Source of the DNA: an uncultured Acidobacteriota bacterium | Lineage (GTDB): Bacteria > Acidobacteriota > UBA6911 | Length of the DNA: 64,000 nt | Direction: 5' to 3' | Assembly: GCA_963843575.1 (NCBI GenBank) | Contig: CAWJKZ010000013.1 | Location: 128,001 to 192,000 of the forward strand | Part shown: positions 9,760-20,250 of the stretch, in pieces | How positions within the stretch are numbered: the stretch's first letter is position 1 | How the letters are laid out: every line of letters starts with the position of its first letter | The notes under the pieces: generated by a model | Databases searched by the model: none | The model's input: the letters and a program-made list of their open reading frames with translations, nothing else | Told to the model about the DNA's origin: nothing | Program-made: the position numbers and the translations under genes

Positions 9760-11727
9760 ATGAAACTCTCGGTTGCGTTGTTTGTCTCGTCGCTCCTGCT
9801 CACTTCCCCCGGCATCACCCACGCCCAGACTGCGAAGCCCTCTCACTGGCTGCCCGTCTCGTGGCAGGCCGCCTTCAGTCGCCGTGACACTGCTGACGGG
9901 TTTGTCTTCGGCGGCAAGATGTGGCTCAGCAACGGGTACTACTGGGATGGCGAGAATCGCTCCAACAGGGATCTGTGGTCTTCTGCGGACGGCAAGCTGT
10001 GGACGCTCGTAAACGGTGCCACCCCCTACGACGAGTTCAGTCAGATGACGGTGTTCAACAACATGATGTGGGCCGTCGGGGACAGCGTGTGGCTCTCCAA
10101 CGACGGCGTCCGCTGGTTGGAGGTGAACCCGCAGACCCCTTTCGGGCTGCGGCCATACGGCGAGCTCGTGGTTTACGACGGCAAAATGTGGCTGCTCGGG
10201 GACGGAAGCGACGTCTGGTATTCGTCCGACGGCACCCGCTGGACCTGCGCCACCGCGTCCGCGCCGTACGGCAACCGCAGCGGCGCAGCGGTCGTCGTGT
10301 TCGCCGGGAAGATCTGGGTCATGGGCGGCCGCACCAACGGGGCCAATACCCCCCCGGAGAGCTTCTACCCGGGCGTCACCACCTACAACGACGTCTGGTG
10401 CTCGGCGGACGGCGCGCACTGGACCCGCGTTTTAGAGCAAGCCCCCTGGAAGCCCCGGATTTGGAGCAAGGCCAAGTACTACCTCGACCGGATGTGGATC
10501 ATCGCCGGCTTCGACAACGTGGATGGCGCGAACCTGAATGACGTCTGGTACAGCGCCGACGGCGTAATCTGGACACGACTGGTTTCCTATTCGACGTTTT
10601 CTCCCCGGCACGAGGTCACTCCCTACGTCTTCGACGAGAGCCTCTGGGTAGTCGCAGGAAACGGCTGGCCGCTGCTGAACGACGTTTGGCGCCTGGACGT
10701 CGGCACGCTGTCCCCGGCACAGACGCAGCTTTCGGTGTCGTTCTCGGGCGCCGGATCGGGCACCGTGACCAGCACGCCTGCAGGCCTGCAGTGCGCGTCG
10801 GGATGCTCGAGCGCGTTCAACCTCGGCACGGTGGTGACGCTGAAGGCGACTGCGGCGCCTTGGTCGGTCTTCACGGGCTGGAGCGGGGAGGGCTGTAGCG
10901 GAACGGGTGACTGTTCCGTCGTCATGTCCGCGGCGCGGAACGTGGCGGCTGCTTTCGCCAGCGTTCCATTTGGGCCGCTGGATTTCAACGGGGACGGGCA
11001 ACCCGGCATCCTGTGGCGGAACGTGCGCACGGGCGAAGATTACGTGTGGTACATGAACGGCACGGACCGCTCCGGCGGAGAATCGCTGGAGACCGTCGCC
11101 GAGCGGGCGTGGGAGATCGTCGGCACGGGCGATTTCAACGGCGACCGTAAGCCCGACATCCTCTGGCGCAATTCAGCCACCGGACAGAATTACCTCTGGA
11201 TCATGAACGGGGTTTCCCGCTCGGCAGGAGCCTTGCTGGAGGCTGTGCCCGACACCGCCTGGCGCATCGAGGGCGTCGCCGACCTGAGCGGCGACGGCAA
11301 CCCCGACATCCTGTGGCGCAACGCGACCACGGGCGACAACTACGTCTGGTACATGAACGGCATCACGCGGGTGGGCGGCGAATGGCTCGAGCCCGTGCCC
11401 GATCTGAACTGGGAAATCACGGGCGTCGCGGAATTCAACGGCGACGGCAATCCCGACCTCCTGTGGCGCAATACAGCCACAGGCGAGGACTACGTCTGGT
11501 TCATGAAGGGCGTCTCCCGCTCAGGCGGGTGTTGGCTCGAAGCCGTCCCCGACCTGAACTGGAGAATCGTCGCGGTCGCGGACTACAACAGAGACGGCCA
11601 GACCGACATCCTCTGGCGCAACGCAGCAACAGGCGAAAACTACGTCTGGTTCATAAACGGCACCCTTCGCTTCGGCGGCTCGTTTCTCCTACCGGTTGCA
11701 GACCTGAACTGGCACATCGCACCCTAG
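9760..11727 (+). CDS. Secreted Kelch-like propeller + InlB-B-like domain + FG-GAP/VCBS repeat protein
   Basis: Signal peptide MKLSVALFVSSLLL; repeated KMWLxG / NDVWxSxDG blades; GSGTVTSTPAG..FTGWSG..C domain; five DFNGDGxPDILWRN repeats. Confidence 0.78.
   Translation: MKLSVALFVSSLLLTSPGITHAQTAKPSHWLPVSWQAAFSRRDTADGFVFGGKMWLSNGYYWDGENRSNRDLWSSADGKLWTLVNGATPYDEFSQMTVFNNMMWAVGDSVWLSNDGVRWLEVNPQTPFGLRPYGELVVYDGKMWLLGDGSDVWYSSDGTRWTCATASAPYGNRSGAAVVVFAGKIWVMGGRTNGANTPPESFYPGVTTYNDVWCSADGAHWTRVLEQAPWKPRIWSKAKYYLDRMWIIAGFDNVDGANLNDVWYSADGVIWTRLVSYSTFSPRHEVTPYVFDESLWVVAGNGWPLLNDVWRLDVGTLSPAQTQLSVSFSGAGSGTVTSTPAGLQCASGCSSAFNLGTVVTLKATAAPWSVFTGWSGEGCSGTGDCSVVMSAARNVAAAFASVPFGPLDFNGDGQPGILWRNVRTGEDYVWYMNGTDRSGGESLETVAERAWEIVGTGDFNGDRKPDILWRNSATGQNYLWIMNGVSRSAGALLEAVPDTAWRIEGVADLSGDGNPDILWRNATTGDNYVWYMNGITRVGGEWLEPVPDLNWEITGVAEFNGDGNPDLLWRNTATGEDYVWFMKGVSRSGGCWLEAVPDLNWRIVAVADYNRDGQTDILWRNAATGENYVWFINGTLRFGGSFLLPVADLNWHIAP
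10981..11724 (+). repeat. Intragenic tandem repeat, about 150 bp x5 (FG-GAP/VCBS units)
   Basis: Recurring gacatcctctggcgcaa and tacgtctggt..atgaacggc units at roughly 150 nt spacing. Confidence 0.8.
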
Positions 11728-11735
11728 GATTTTTT

Positions 11736-11858
11736 GGAGTGCGGCGCCTTGGCGCCGCCTTCAACTACGTCCCAGGGCCGAATGCCGGGCGCCTCGGCGC
11801 CGACCTGCGAGATGGCGTCGGCAACCTCAGGTTGCGGCGGCGCCGAGCCTCCGCACTA
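11736..11858. repeat. REP-like palindrome pair (GGAGTGCGGCG family)
   Basis: ggagtgcggcgccttggcgccgccttc with a degenerate inverted partner gcggcggcgccgagcctccgcact, between convergent genes. Confidence 0.6.
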
Positions 11859-11872
11859 GCGGCCCAATTGTT

Positions 11873-13000
11873 TTAATCGTACCGCCGGGTGTACTTCATA
11901 TAAAAGCTCTTCGGTACCAGGTCTGCCTTGTACATGCACCAGAAGAGAGGTTTCATCCTTTCAAACCGCTTCTTGTAGGTGGGGTAGTCCCGGTGGGTCT
12001 TCGCCGGCAACCCCATCAGCCTCTCGAACTCTTCCTCCGACAGGTCCAGCCGCTTGTAGATTTCCTGCAGGATGCTGTGGTCAAAAGGAAATGGCTCCCG
12101 TATCCGGCACAGAGCCTCGTCCCGTGAGATCTGTCCGGACCGGGCGAGCGCGGCGTACTCGCACCGGCGCAGGTCGATGCGATATTTCCTGGGCAGAAAG
12201 TAGTTGTTGGCAAAATACGCCGTGCGGTTCTCCATGTGATGGCCGCCGTACCACTGCCACCCCAGCTCCTTTGCCAGGAACGCCTTGATCTCCTCCTTGC
12301 GGTAATCGATGTAGTAAAGCGGCCGGATCTTCCGGATGCCGTCGAGCACCGTCCACTTGAGCCATTTTCCCATCCAGAGGTTCGGGAAGGTGCGCATCGG
12401 GACAGTACCGAACATACGGTGGACAGCCTGTATGTACCTCGCGTCCATGTAGACCCACCCATGCGGCGTGATCCCCTCTGTCCGGAACGAGTGCCCTTCG
12501 AAGACCCACTTCACCCGGTATTTCGCCGCGGCGAGGTAATGAGTGGTCGCCAGCCCTATGTCGGCAGGCGCATCCACTTCGGGAACGGAGGCTCTCAGAA
12601 AAGCCCTGAAGATGTCGCAGTATTCGCGGTTGTCGACCACGTGGGTGAACAGGTCCACGTTCAGACGCCGCAGCACCGTCTGGATGTTCTCCACGGCCGT
12701 TTTGGAGTTCCAGGTGTTGTCGAAGTGGGCGGCGAGGGGGCGCAGACCCAAGTCCTTGGCCAGGTACAGCAGGTAGGACGAATCGGTGCCGCCGCTGACC
12801 CCGACCACAACGTCGTACGCTCGCCCCTGGCCGTCCCTCTTGATGCGTTGGGCCAGCGCCTCGAGACGCTTTCTTCCTTCCGGACCGGTCGGATACTCCC
12901 GGTCGAGCTGATCGTGCTGGTGGCAGTAGTTGCAGACCCCCGCGGCGTCGAAGCTTATGTAGGGGATCTCGTCATCGTAAACGCATCTGGAACAAATCAT
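11873..13000 (-). CDS. N-acetyl sugar amidotransferase (WbpG-like), copy 1
   Basis: CxxC..CxxC N-terminus, PP-loop SGGTDS, HFDNTWNS and WQWYGGHHMEN motifs. Confidence 0.88.
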   Translation of the reverse strand: MICSRCVYDDEIPYISFDAAGVCNYCHQHDQLDREYPTGPEGRKRLEALAQRIKRDGQGRAYDVVVGVSGGTDSSYLLYLAKDLGLRPLAAHFDNTWNSKTAVENIQTVLRRLNVDLFTHVVDNREYCDIFRAFLRASVPEVDAPADIGLATTHYLAAAKYRVKWVFEGHSFRTEGITPHGWVYMDARYIQAVHRMFGTVPMRTFPNLWMGKWLKWTVLDGIRKIRPLYYIDYRKEEIKAFLAKELGWQWYGGHHMENRTAYFANNYFLPRKYRIDLRRCEYAALARSGQISRDEALCRIREPFPFDHSILQEIYKRLDLSEEEFERLMGLPAKTHRDYPTYKKRFERMKPLFWCMYKADLVPKSFYMKYTRRYD

Positions 13001-13019
13001 GCCGTCGGGCGTCCCTTCG

Positions 13020-14246
13020 TCAACGGAGGTCGTGGTCGCGGGTCGGCCCGTCCATAGTCGAGCGCCCCCGGTTCAGAAAGATATCGGTCCAACTCAGTAT
13101 CCGGGTGCTGCTGCGCAGCCGGGGAGGAAAACCGGCGATGATGCGGTCGCCGAACGACGCGCTCATCACGAACAGGCAGTCCGGGGGATTGTCGACAAGG
13201 TCCGCCCGGGATTCAATCGGAGTGCGCCACCCGGGGAAAAAGCACCCCTTGAGGCTCGGGTCGTCATCGAAGAAGCGCAGCGAGCGCACCTCCTGCCCTG
13301 CCATCGACAGCAGGTTGACTGCTCGGCCGGGGACGTACACACCCAGGCTTTCGCGGGCCCGGTTGAGCTTGTCGACATAACCTCTCACGAATGAAACCGA
13401 CTCCTCGACCTTTATCCTATAGCGGCGTGCGGCGGCTGCACGCTGCCGCACGCGTTCTGCTGGGGGGGTGGCCGCCGTCCCGGTGCGGGCGGCAGCATAC
13501 AGTATCTTGCTGATGTCGGGCTTGACGATCTGGATGGACTGGAATCCGCAGAAGCGCAGCACGTCTTCGAGCGTGGTCGCCGTGAGATAGCTGAAGTGTT
13601 CGTGAAAAAGGATCGAAGGGTCCCCCGCCTCGATATAGTCCTCCTCGTCCTCGACCGAGAGAAAAAGCCACCCGTCCGGTTTCAGGGCGCCGCGCACGGA
13701 GATGAGGGCCTGGATCGGATCGTAAAGGTGTTCGTACACCATGTACAGCGCGACCGCGTCGAAGGGTCCTGGGGCGGATTCGGATGGGAAGAAGTCCCGC
13801 ACGACGCGCAGCCCGAGACGCTCGGCCCCCGCCTGGCCGTGGGCCCCCGGCTCGATACCGCACACCTCGGCGCCCAGATCCCGGAAACGCGACAACAGGT
13901 AGCCCTTGCCGCAGCCGATTTCGAGCATCTCAAGCCCCTGCAGGGAATTCCGGCGCGCGGCGGACTGGACGAAGCGGAGGAAATGCTCGGTGTTGCCCCT
14001 GCCCGTCTCGCTGTCGTCGGCTGCCCCGGCCATAACGGAGCCGGCCCTATAGGCTTTCTCCAGGATCCCCCGTTGTCCGTCGCGCATCGCCTGGACGAGC
14101 AGTCCCGTGTCCGGGTCGACCGCGAGCGAGAAATCGAGGACGTCGGGAAATTCCGGTGCATTGGTGGCGTTGCGCGTAATGGAGAAAACGAATGGGAGGG
14201 CGCCCACCTTCCAGTAGAATGGATACTCCGCAGCGGTTCGGGTCAT
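13020..14246 (-). CDS. Class I SAM methyltransferase, NDP-sugar C-methyltransferase-like
   Basis: LEIGCGKG, GIEPG and HEHFSY motifs; C-terminal DDDPSLKGCFFPG..PI domain. Confidence 0.72.
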   Translation of the reverse strand: MTRTAAEYPFYWKVGALPFVFSITRNATNAPEFPDVLDFSLAVDPDTGLLVQAMRDGQRGILEKAYRAGSVMAGAADDSETGRGNTEHFLRFVQSAARRNSLQGLEMLEIGCGKGYLLSRFRDLGAEVCGIEPGAHGQAGAERLGLRVVRDFFPSESAPGPFDAVALYMVYEHLYDPIQALISVRGALKPDGWLFLSVEDEEDYIEAGDPSILFHEHFSYLTATTLEDVLRFCGFQSIQIVKPDISKILYAAARTGTAATPPAERVRQRAAAARRYRIKVEESVSFVRGYVDKLNRARESLGVYVPGRAVNLLSMAGQEVRSLRFFDDDPSLKGCFFPGWRTPIESRADLVDNPPDCLFVMSASFGDRIIAGFPPRLRSSTRILSWTDIFLNRGRSTMDGPTRDHDLR

Positions 14247-14290
14247 AATGCTCGACAAAGCGGTCTGCCTGATTTCACGGGGCGTAACCC

Positions 14291-15193
14291 CTATCCCTCG
14301 AGTGCGGGCCGCGAATGCGATTTTTTCATCGCCAGGGCAAGCGACCGGAGTGCCTCCCCGAGCGGCGCCTGGGGCCGGTAGCCCAGATCCCGACGCGCTT
14401 TTTCGGAAGAGTAGCGCGCGCGGAAGGTCTCCTGCGGATCGTCGCCCCGGAATACCACCTCAACGCTTCGCCCGGACACCTGGCGGCAGAGGTCGGCGAG
14501 AGCGCGCATGCTGATCGCCTCCCCCGTCAGGTTGATGGCCCCCTCCGCCCCGCAGGACAGTGCGAGGGAGACCGCGCGGGCGACATCCTCCTCGCGGACG
14601 AAATCCTGGGTGCGGCCGCCGGATCCCCACACTTCTATCCGGTCTTCAAACAACGCCTGGCGCATGAACCTGGTGACTACCGTAGCCACCCTCTGACTCG
14701 GTCCGAACGGGGCCGAAATCCTCAGGTGGCATGCCCGCACCCCCTGCGGTTTCAAAACCGCGTCGAACAGCAGCTCGCAGGCGAGTTTGCTGATCCCGTA
14801 CAGGCTCTCAGGGGCGGACATTGTTTCGGTGGCCTCCGACATCTCGCACGATCTCCCGTAGACGGCGCAGCTGGACAGATGCACCAGCCGTCCGACCTGC
14901 TGACGCCGCATCCAGAAGGACAGGTTGAGGGCCACCTGCTGATTATGGATCAGCACCCGATCCTCCGGGCAATGGTTGGGCACTAAGGCCGCGGCGTGGA
15001 CGACCGCGTCGAGAGGCAGCACCGGGGTGAGCGCCTCATACTGATCGCTGCGCTCGAGGTCTATCGTCACGTGCCCGGCCTCCGCATCGCTGCCGCGCAC
15101 GTCTGCCCCGAAGACAGAGTGACCCTCGGCCCGGAGACCTCGTCCGATCACGCCTCCCAGGAATCCTCCGGATCCCGTCACCAGCACCCTCAA
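14291..15193 (-). CDS. NAD-dependent sugar epimerase/dehydratase
   Basis: TGSGGFLG, SSCAVYG and YGISK (YxxxK) motifs. Confidence 0.88.
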   Translation of the reverse strand: MRVLVTGSGGFLGGVIGRGLRAEGHSVFGADVRGSDAEAGHVTIDLERSDQYEALTPVLPLDAVVHAAALVPNHCPEDRVLIHNQQVALNLSFWMRRQQVGRLVHLSSCAVYGRSCEMSEATETMSAPESLYGISKLACELLFDAVLKPQGVRACHLRISAPFGPSQRVATVVTRFMRQALFEDRIEVWGSGGRTQDFVREEDVARAVSLALSCGAEGAINLTGEAISMRALADLCRQVSGRSVEVVFRGDDPQETFRARYSSEKARRDLGYRPQAPLGEALRSLALAMKKSHSRPALEG

Positions 15194-15406
15194 AACGTGT
15201 CCCTCCTGCTATCCGTGTGCGCGCCGCTATTATGGGGAACGGAGGATGCGTCTGCAAGCCCGGGTAATCCCCGGCCAGCCCTTTACGCTGCACCCCTCAT
15301 GAACCCTGGTGGGCTGCCGCGGCTCGAGGTCGGTCCTGGAGCCAGGGGAAATCGGCACATCGGACGGGGTTTGCGTTTACAATGGCGGCCGCGACGGGAG
15401 GTTGGG

Positions 15407-16615
15407 TTGAGAGTCGTGTTCGTTTCGGTGATTCCGCTGTGGAGCGGTGGCGAGGACGCGTCGGGCGGGCCGGCGTTTTCCCGGACCGTGCGGGCGTATC
15501 TCGACTCGGGCCACGAGGTACACCTCATCACCCTGGATCCCGCCAGCAGCCGGCACGCCTCCGGCAATTTGCACGTGCACGTCGTAGCCGGCAACCTGCG
15601 CGGGCTACCGGACCGCGTGATAGTCAACTACTTGCGCTACAATGTCGTCTTCCCGGTCTTCGCCCTCTTCTGCTTTTTCCGGATCCGTCTGCGGATGCCG
15701 GTCGACGTGATCTACGGGTATGAGGTCGACGGGATCCTGGCCGGACTGCCGATGAGCCTGCTGTCCCGGCGGCCGCTGATCAGCAGATTCCAGGGGACCG
15801 TCCTTGCCCCGCTGTTGGCCGATGGGACGCCCATCAAGGCGAAGCTCCCCTACATGGCGCATTTCCTCGGATTCAAAGTTCCGGCGGACCTCGCGATCAT
15901 GACGGACGACGGGACCCTCGGGGACCAGGTCATGCGCCGCCTCAACCCCAAACTCGCGGGGAGGATGAAGTTCTGGCGCAACGGCATCGATCCGAGGCCG
16001 GAGTCGCCACCGGCAGCCAGGATGCGTTCGCAGCTGGGGATCGGGCCCGGCACCCTGGTGCTGCTGACAGTGTCCCGGCTGGTCGGCTGGAAACGTGTGG
16101 ACCGTGCGGTCTCGGCGCTTCCCCGGATCGTGAGCAGGGTGCCCGACGTCGTGCTCGTCATCGTGGGCGACGGCCCGTCGCGGCGACTGTTGGAGGAATC
16201 CGCCCGCGACCTAGGAGTCGAGCACCGCGTGTTCTTTGTCGGCAACGTACCGCACTCCAAGGTCTTCGGCTATTACGAGGACACCGATGTCTTCCTGTCG
16301 CTCTACGACCTGTCGAACGTCGGAAACCCTCTGCTGGAGGCGATGCGCTGCGGAAGAGCGATAGTCACCCTCCGGAACGGCGGTACAGCCGCCGTCATAG
16401 AGCACGGCGTCAACGGGATCCTGCTGGAAAAGGGGACCCCCGACGAAGTTGCGGATGCCGTGGTGTCGCTGTTGAACGACCCCTCGGAGCGCAGCCGGCT
16501 CGGCCAGAGTGCGATGCGTTATGCGCAGGAGAAGCTCTGGACCTGGGAAGAGCGCATGCGGGAGGAGTTGGCGGCAGTCCGGGAAGTCGCAGAGCGATCT
16601 TTCGGCAAGCGGTAG
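15407..16615 (+). CDS. Glycosyltransferase family 4
   Basis: TTG start after GGGAGG; VSRLVGWKRVD, VGDGP and NPLLEAMRCG motifs. The ORF track extension to 14996 overlaps the divergent gene. Confidence 0.85.
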   Translation: MRVVFVSVIPLWSGGEDASGGPAFSRTVRAYLDSGHEVHLITLDPASSRHASGNLHVHVVAGNLRGLPDRVIVNYLRYNVVFPVFALFCFFRIRLRMPVDVIYGYEVDGILAGLPMSLLSRRPLISRFQGTVLAPLLADGTPIKAKLPYMAHFLGFKVPADLAIMTDDGTLGDQVMRRLNPKLAGRMKFWRNGIDPRPESPPAARMRSQLGIGPGTLVLLTVSRLVGWKRVDRAVSALPRIVSRVPDVVLVIVGDGPSRRLLEESARDLGVEHRVFFVGNVPHSKVFGYYEDTDVFLSLYDLSNVGNPLLEAMRCGRAIVTLRNGGTAAVIEHGVNGILLEKGTPDEVADAVVSLLNDPSERSRLGQSAMRYAQEKLWTWEERMREELAAVREVAERSFGKR

Positions 16616-16633
16616 GGAAAGGGCGCGCAGGCC

Positions 16634-17836
16634 ATGCACATACTTGTGATGCCGTCGGAGCGATTCGTTGCGGAAGACAACCCCGTCGGGGGGATCTTCC
16701 AGCGGGATCAGGCCCTGGCGCTGCATCGCGCCGGTCTCCGCATCGGGGTCCTTGCCGCGGCTCCGCGCCCTTGGGGGGCGCTCCGCCGTAAACTCACGGG
16801 GTGGCCTTCGGGGATCGAGGTCGGCGTCGAGCAGGGCATAGCGGTCTACCGCTACCAGGGGTGGAATCCCGTCCGTGGACACGTCCGAGTCGTCACCCCT
16901 ATCGCCTGGTCCCGTGGCGGCAGGATGCTGTTTGACCGGTATGTCCGGGAACAGGGTAAACCCGACCTGCTTCACGCCCACAATTCCCTCTTTGCCGGAT
17001 ACCTCGCGGTGCGGCTCGGACAGGAACACGGGATCCCGGTGGTTGTTACGGAGCACTCGACCCGGGTCGCGCTCGGCATGACCCGGCCGTGGGAGGACCG
17101 GCATGTGTTGCGAACCTTGCGGTCTTCCCGGGCCCGGATCTTCGTCAGCTCTGCGCTGGGCCGGGCGCTTGAGGCGAGGTACGGCGATGCGGCAATTCCC
17201 TGGCAGATGATTCCCAACATCCTCGACCGCCTGTTCGAGGTGCCGCTCAGGGAACCCGAGGTGTCAGCAGCCAAGGGAGACCGGTTGCGCATTCTCAACG
17301 TGGCCGGTCTGGTGCCCCGAAAGAACCACTCGGTTTTGCTGCGGGCGTTCGCGCGTGCCTTTTCGACGGAATCGGGCGTTGAGTTGCGCATCGCCGGCGA
17401 CGGACCGTTGCGCTCCCAACTCCAGCGGGAGGCGAGGGGATTGGGGATCGGGCCCCGCGTTGTCTTTCTCGGCGAGGTCGAGCGGGACAAGGTCTTGCGC
17501 GAGATGCAGGCGTGCGACCTGTTCGCCCTCTCGAGCGATTACGAGACGTTCGGGGTAGTCCTGATCGAGGCTCTGGCCTGCGGCAGACCCGTGGTATCGA
17601 CCCGTTGCGGGGGGCCGGAGGATGTCGTTCATGACGGCAACGGCCTGCTCGTGCCTGTCGGGGACGTGGAGGCGCTCGCCCAAGCCCTGCGGGAAATCCG
17701 CGCCAGCATCGCCCGCTACGGCGCCGACGATGTGCGCAGGGATTGCCTCGGGCGTTTCGGCGAGCAGGCCGTCGTCGGGAAACTGACGGGCGTCTACCGC
17801 CAGCTGCTCTGCCCAAACGCTCCTGGCGGCCGATGA
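16634..17836 (+). CDS. Glycosyltransferase family 4
   Basis: VVTEHS, RKNH and ETFGVVLIEALACG (E-x7-E) motifs. Confidence 0.9.
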   Translation: MHILVMPSERFVAEDNPVGGIFQRDQALALHRAGLRIGVLAAAPRPWGALRRKLTGWPSGIEVGVEQGIAVYRYQGWNPVRGHVRVVTPIAWSRGGRMLFDRYVREQGKPDLLHAHNSLFAGYLAVRLGQEHGIPVVVTEHSTRVALGMTRPWEDRHVLRTLRSSRARIFVSSALGRALEARYGDAAIPWQMIPNILDRLFEVPLREPEVSAAKGDRLRILNVAGLVPRKNHSVLLRAFARAFSTESGVELRIAGDGPLRSQLQREARGLGIGPRVVFLGEVERDKVLREMQACDLFALSSDYETFGVVLIEALACGRPVVSTRCGGPEDVVHDGNGLLVPVGDVEALAQALREIRASIARYGADDVRRDCLGRFGEQAVVGKLTGVYRQLLCPNAPGGR

Positions 17837-18115
17837 CCCTGGCTGTTCCGGCCGCGCGGTGCCCGGAGTTTTTTGTTGCCCCGACCGCGCCGGCGCACGT
17901 AGACTCTTGCCCGTAACGTAACTTGCCGATCGCACTACGCCAGGAACTCGCTCAGGGTATTGAGCCCGGCCGCAATATTCTCGCCGTCCACAGAGCGGAT
18001 CATACGGACGACCAACCAGGCTGGAGATGCTCGCGGGAGAGCTTCTGCCGCACTGCGGACGATGTCTTTATTCGGTGTCGGCGACAACGATACATCTTGG
18101 GAGTCGGGCAACTCC

Positions 18116-19072
18116 ATGATTGAGGGCAAGACCGTTTTTATAACCGGAGGCGCAGGCTTTATCGGGGCGACAATCCTCGGCCGCCTGGTAGACCGCAACC
18201 GCGTGGTCGTGTATGACAATCTGACGCGCAACTCGCTGAAAGACAGGGAGTTCAAAGATCATCACAACCTGACCCTCATCAATGGCGACATCCTGGACCC
18301 CGACGCACTCGCCCGTGCCATGGAGGGAGCGGACATCGTTGTGCACTGCGCGGCCATCGCCGGCATCGATACCGTGATCCAGCGTCCGGTCCACACGATG
18401 CGGGTGAACATGGTCGGTTCCGCCAACGTCCTGGAGGCGGCTTCCCGGCTGACGCATTGCGACCGGGTGGTCTGTTTTTCGACCAGCGAGGTGTTCGGGC
18501 AGTATGCCTTCCGGGCTTCCGAGGGCGACAATACGGTTACCGGCAGGATCGGCGAGGCGCGGTGGACTTACGCAGTCAGCAAGCTGGCGGAGGAACACCT
18601 CGCCATTGCGTACCACCAGCAGCAGGGGTTGCCGACGACGGTGGTCCGGCCCTTCAATATATACGGTCCCGGGCAGGTCGGCGAAGGGGCCATGACCATT
18701 TTCATCCAGCGGGCATTGAGAAACCAACCGCTGGAGGTGCACGGCGACGGCACGCAGATACGCGCCTGGTGTTACATCGACGACATGGTGGATGGAGTGC
18801 TTCTGGCCATCATGCACCCGAACGCCGTGGGCGAGTCTTTCAATATCGGCAACCAGGAGGCCATCATCACCATCTACGGGCTCGCGAAAGCCGTCGTGCG
18901 CGTGCTCGGGTCTCGCTCGGAGGTGACTTTCTCGGGGAGAAGCACGATTGACGTGGAACTCCGGGTTCCCGCGGTCAAGAAAGCGCGGGAGTTGCTGGGT
19001 TTCGAGGCGAAGGTCGACCTGGAGTGCGGCATCGGCCGGACGGCCGACTATTACCGGAATCTTGGGACATGA
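18116..19072 (+). CDS. NAD-dependent epimerase/dehydratase
   Basis: ITGGAGFIG, STSEVFG, YAVSK and RPFNIYGP motifs. Confidence 0.9.
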   Translation: MIEGKTVFITGGAGFIGATILGRLVDRNRVVVYDNLTRNSLKDREFKDHHNLTLINGDILDPDALARAMEGADIVVHCAAIAGIDTVIQRPVHTMRVNMVGSANVLEAASRLTHCDRVVCFSTSEVFGQYAFRASEGDNTVTGRIGEARWTYAVSKLAEEHLAIAYHQQQGLPTTVVRPFNIYGPGQVGEGAMTIFIQRALRNQPLEVHGDGTQIRAWCYIDDMVDGVLLAIMHPNAVGESFNIGNQEAIITIYGLAKAVVRVLGSRSEVTFSGRSTIDVELRVPAVKKARELLGFEAKVDLECGIGRTADYYRNLGT

Positions 19073-20250
19073 TTCGGCTGACCATACCTTCCATTGAAGA
19101 CGACGACCTGAATGCCGTCCGCGAGGTTCTGGCTACGGGGTACCTGGTCCAGGGTGCGCGGGTTGCCGCTTTCGAGGAGAGTGTCGCGTCACGCGTCGGC
19201 ACCCGGTACGCCGTCGCGGTCAGCAGCTGCACTGCCGCCCTGCACCTGACGCTGCTCGCCCTGAACGTGCGCCCCGGCGACATCGTCGTCGTTACCGCTT
19301 ATTCCTTCGTGGCGACGGCGAATGCGATCGAGTTGTGCGGAGCGCTCCCCGTGTTCGTCGATATTCAGCCGGACACGTTCAACATCGATCCCTCCGGCCT
19401 CGGGCTCGCCTTGGACCGCCTCATGGCCGAGCGCGATTCCGCCTGCCGGGTGAGAGCGATCCTGCCGGTGCACGCCTTCGGCCACACCGCGGACATGCCC
19501 GCCATCATGCAGGCCGCGGGCAGGTACTCCCTGCCGGTCATCGAGGACGCCGCTTGCGCGCTGGGCTCGGAGACGGGGGGCAGAAGGGCGGGCAGCTGGG
19601 GAAAGGCGGGGTGCTTCAGCTTTCACCCCCGCAAGGCCGTCACCACGGGCGAAGGCGGGATGATCACGACCGACGACGAGCGGCTGGTTCGGGATCTGAA
19701 GGCACGGCGGAATCACGGGCAGGACCCTTCCACGGGCACTACGGATTTCATCATGCCCGGATTCAATTACCGGCTGACCGAGTTCCAGGCAGCGCTTGGT
19801 CTGACACAGATGTCCAAGCTCGATCGGATCATCGCCAGACGCCGGGAACTGGCGGAGAACTACGACCGACTGCTTGCCGGGATGCCCGTCAGGCCCCCGG
19901 CCCGCCGCGGCAACCGGCACGTGTTTCAGTCCTATGTCCTCCTCCTCGATCCGGCCTATGCGGACCGGCGGACGGAGATCATCGCACAGCTCAAAGCAGG
20001 CGGCGTGGAATCGACCATCGGCACCTGGCACATCCCCCTGACCACCTACTACCGGCGCAAATACGGCTACCAGCCCGGCGATTTCCCCAACGCCGACCTG
20101 GTTTTCAGGAGTTCGCTTTCATTGCCCATGTATGAGTCCCTGACCCTTGAGCAGCAGCAGGAGATCGTGCGGCTGCTGCAGCTGGTGCTGGACGGTCAGG
20201 GTTCCCTGCGATCGCACACCGGGAATCCCGAAGTGCGGCGGCCTCTCTAA
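19069..20250 (+). CDS. DegT/DnrJ/EryC1/StrS family PLP sugar aminotransferase
   Basis: SSCTAALH, IEDAACALG, SFHPRKAVTTGEGG and GFNYRL motifs; ATGA overlap with the upstream gene. Confidence 0.92.
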   Translation: MIRLTIPSIEDDDLNAVREVLATGYLVQGARVAAFEESVASRVGTRYAVAVSSCTAALHLTLLALNVRPGDIVVVTAYSFVATANAIELCGALPVFVDIQPDTFNIDPSGLGLALDRLMAERDSACRVRAILPVHAFGHTADMPAIMQAAGRYSLPVIEDAACALGSETGGRRAGSWGKAGCFSFHPRKAVTTGEGGMITTDDERLVRDLKARRNHGQDPSTGTTDFIMPGFNYRLTEFQAALGLTQMSKLDRIIARRRELAENYDRLLAGMPVRPPARRGNRHVFQSYVLLLDPAYADRRTEIIAQLKAGGVESTIGTWHIPLTTYYRRKYGYQPGDFPNADLVFRSSLSLPMYESLTLEQQQEIVRLLQLVLDGQGSLRSHTGNPEVRRPL

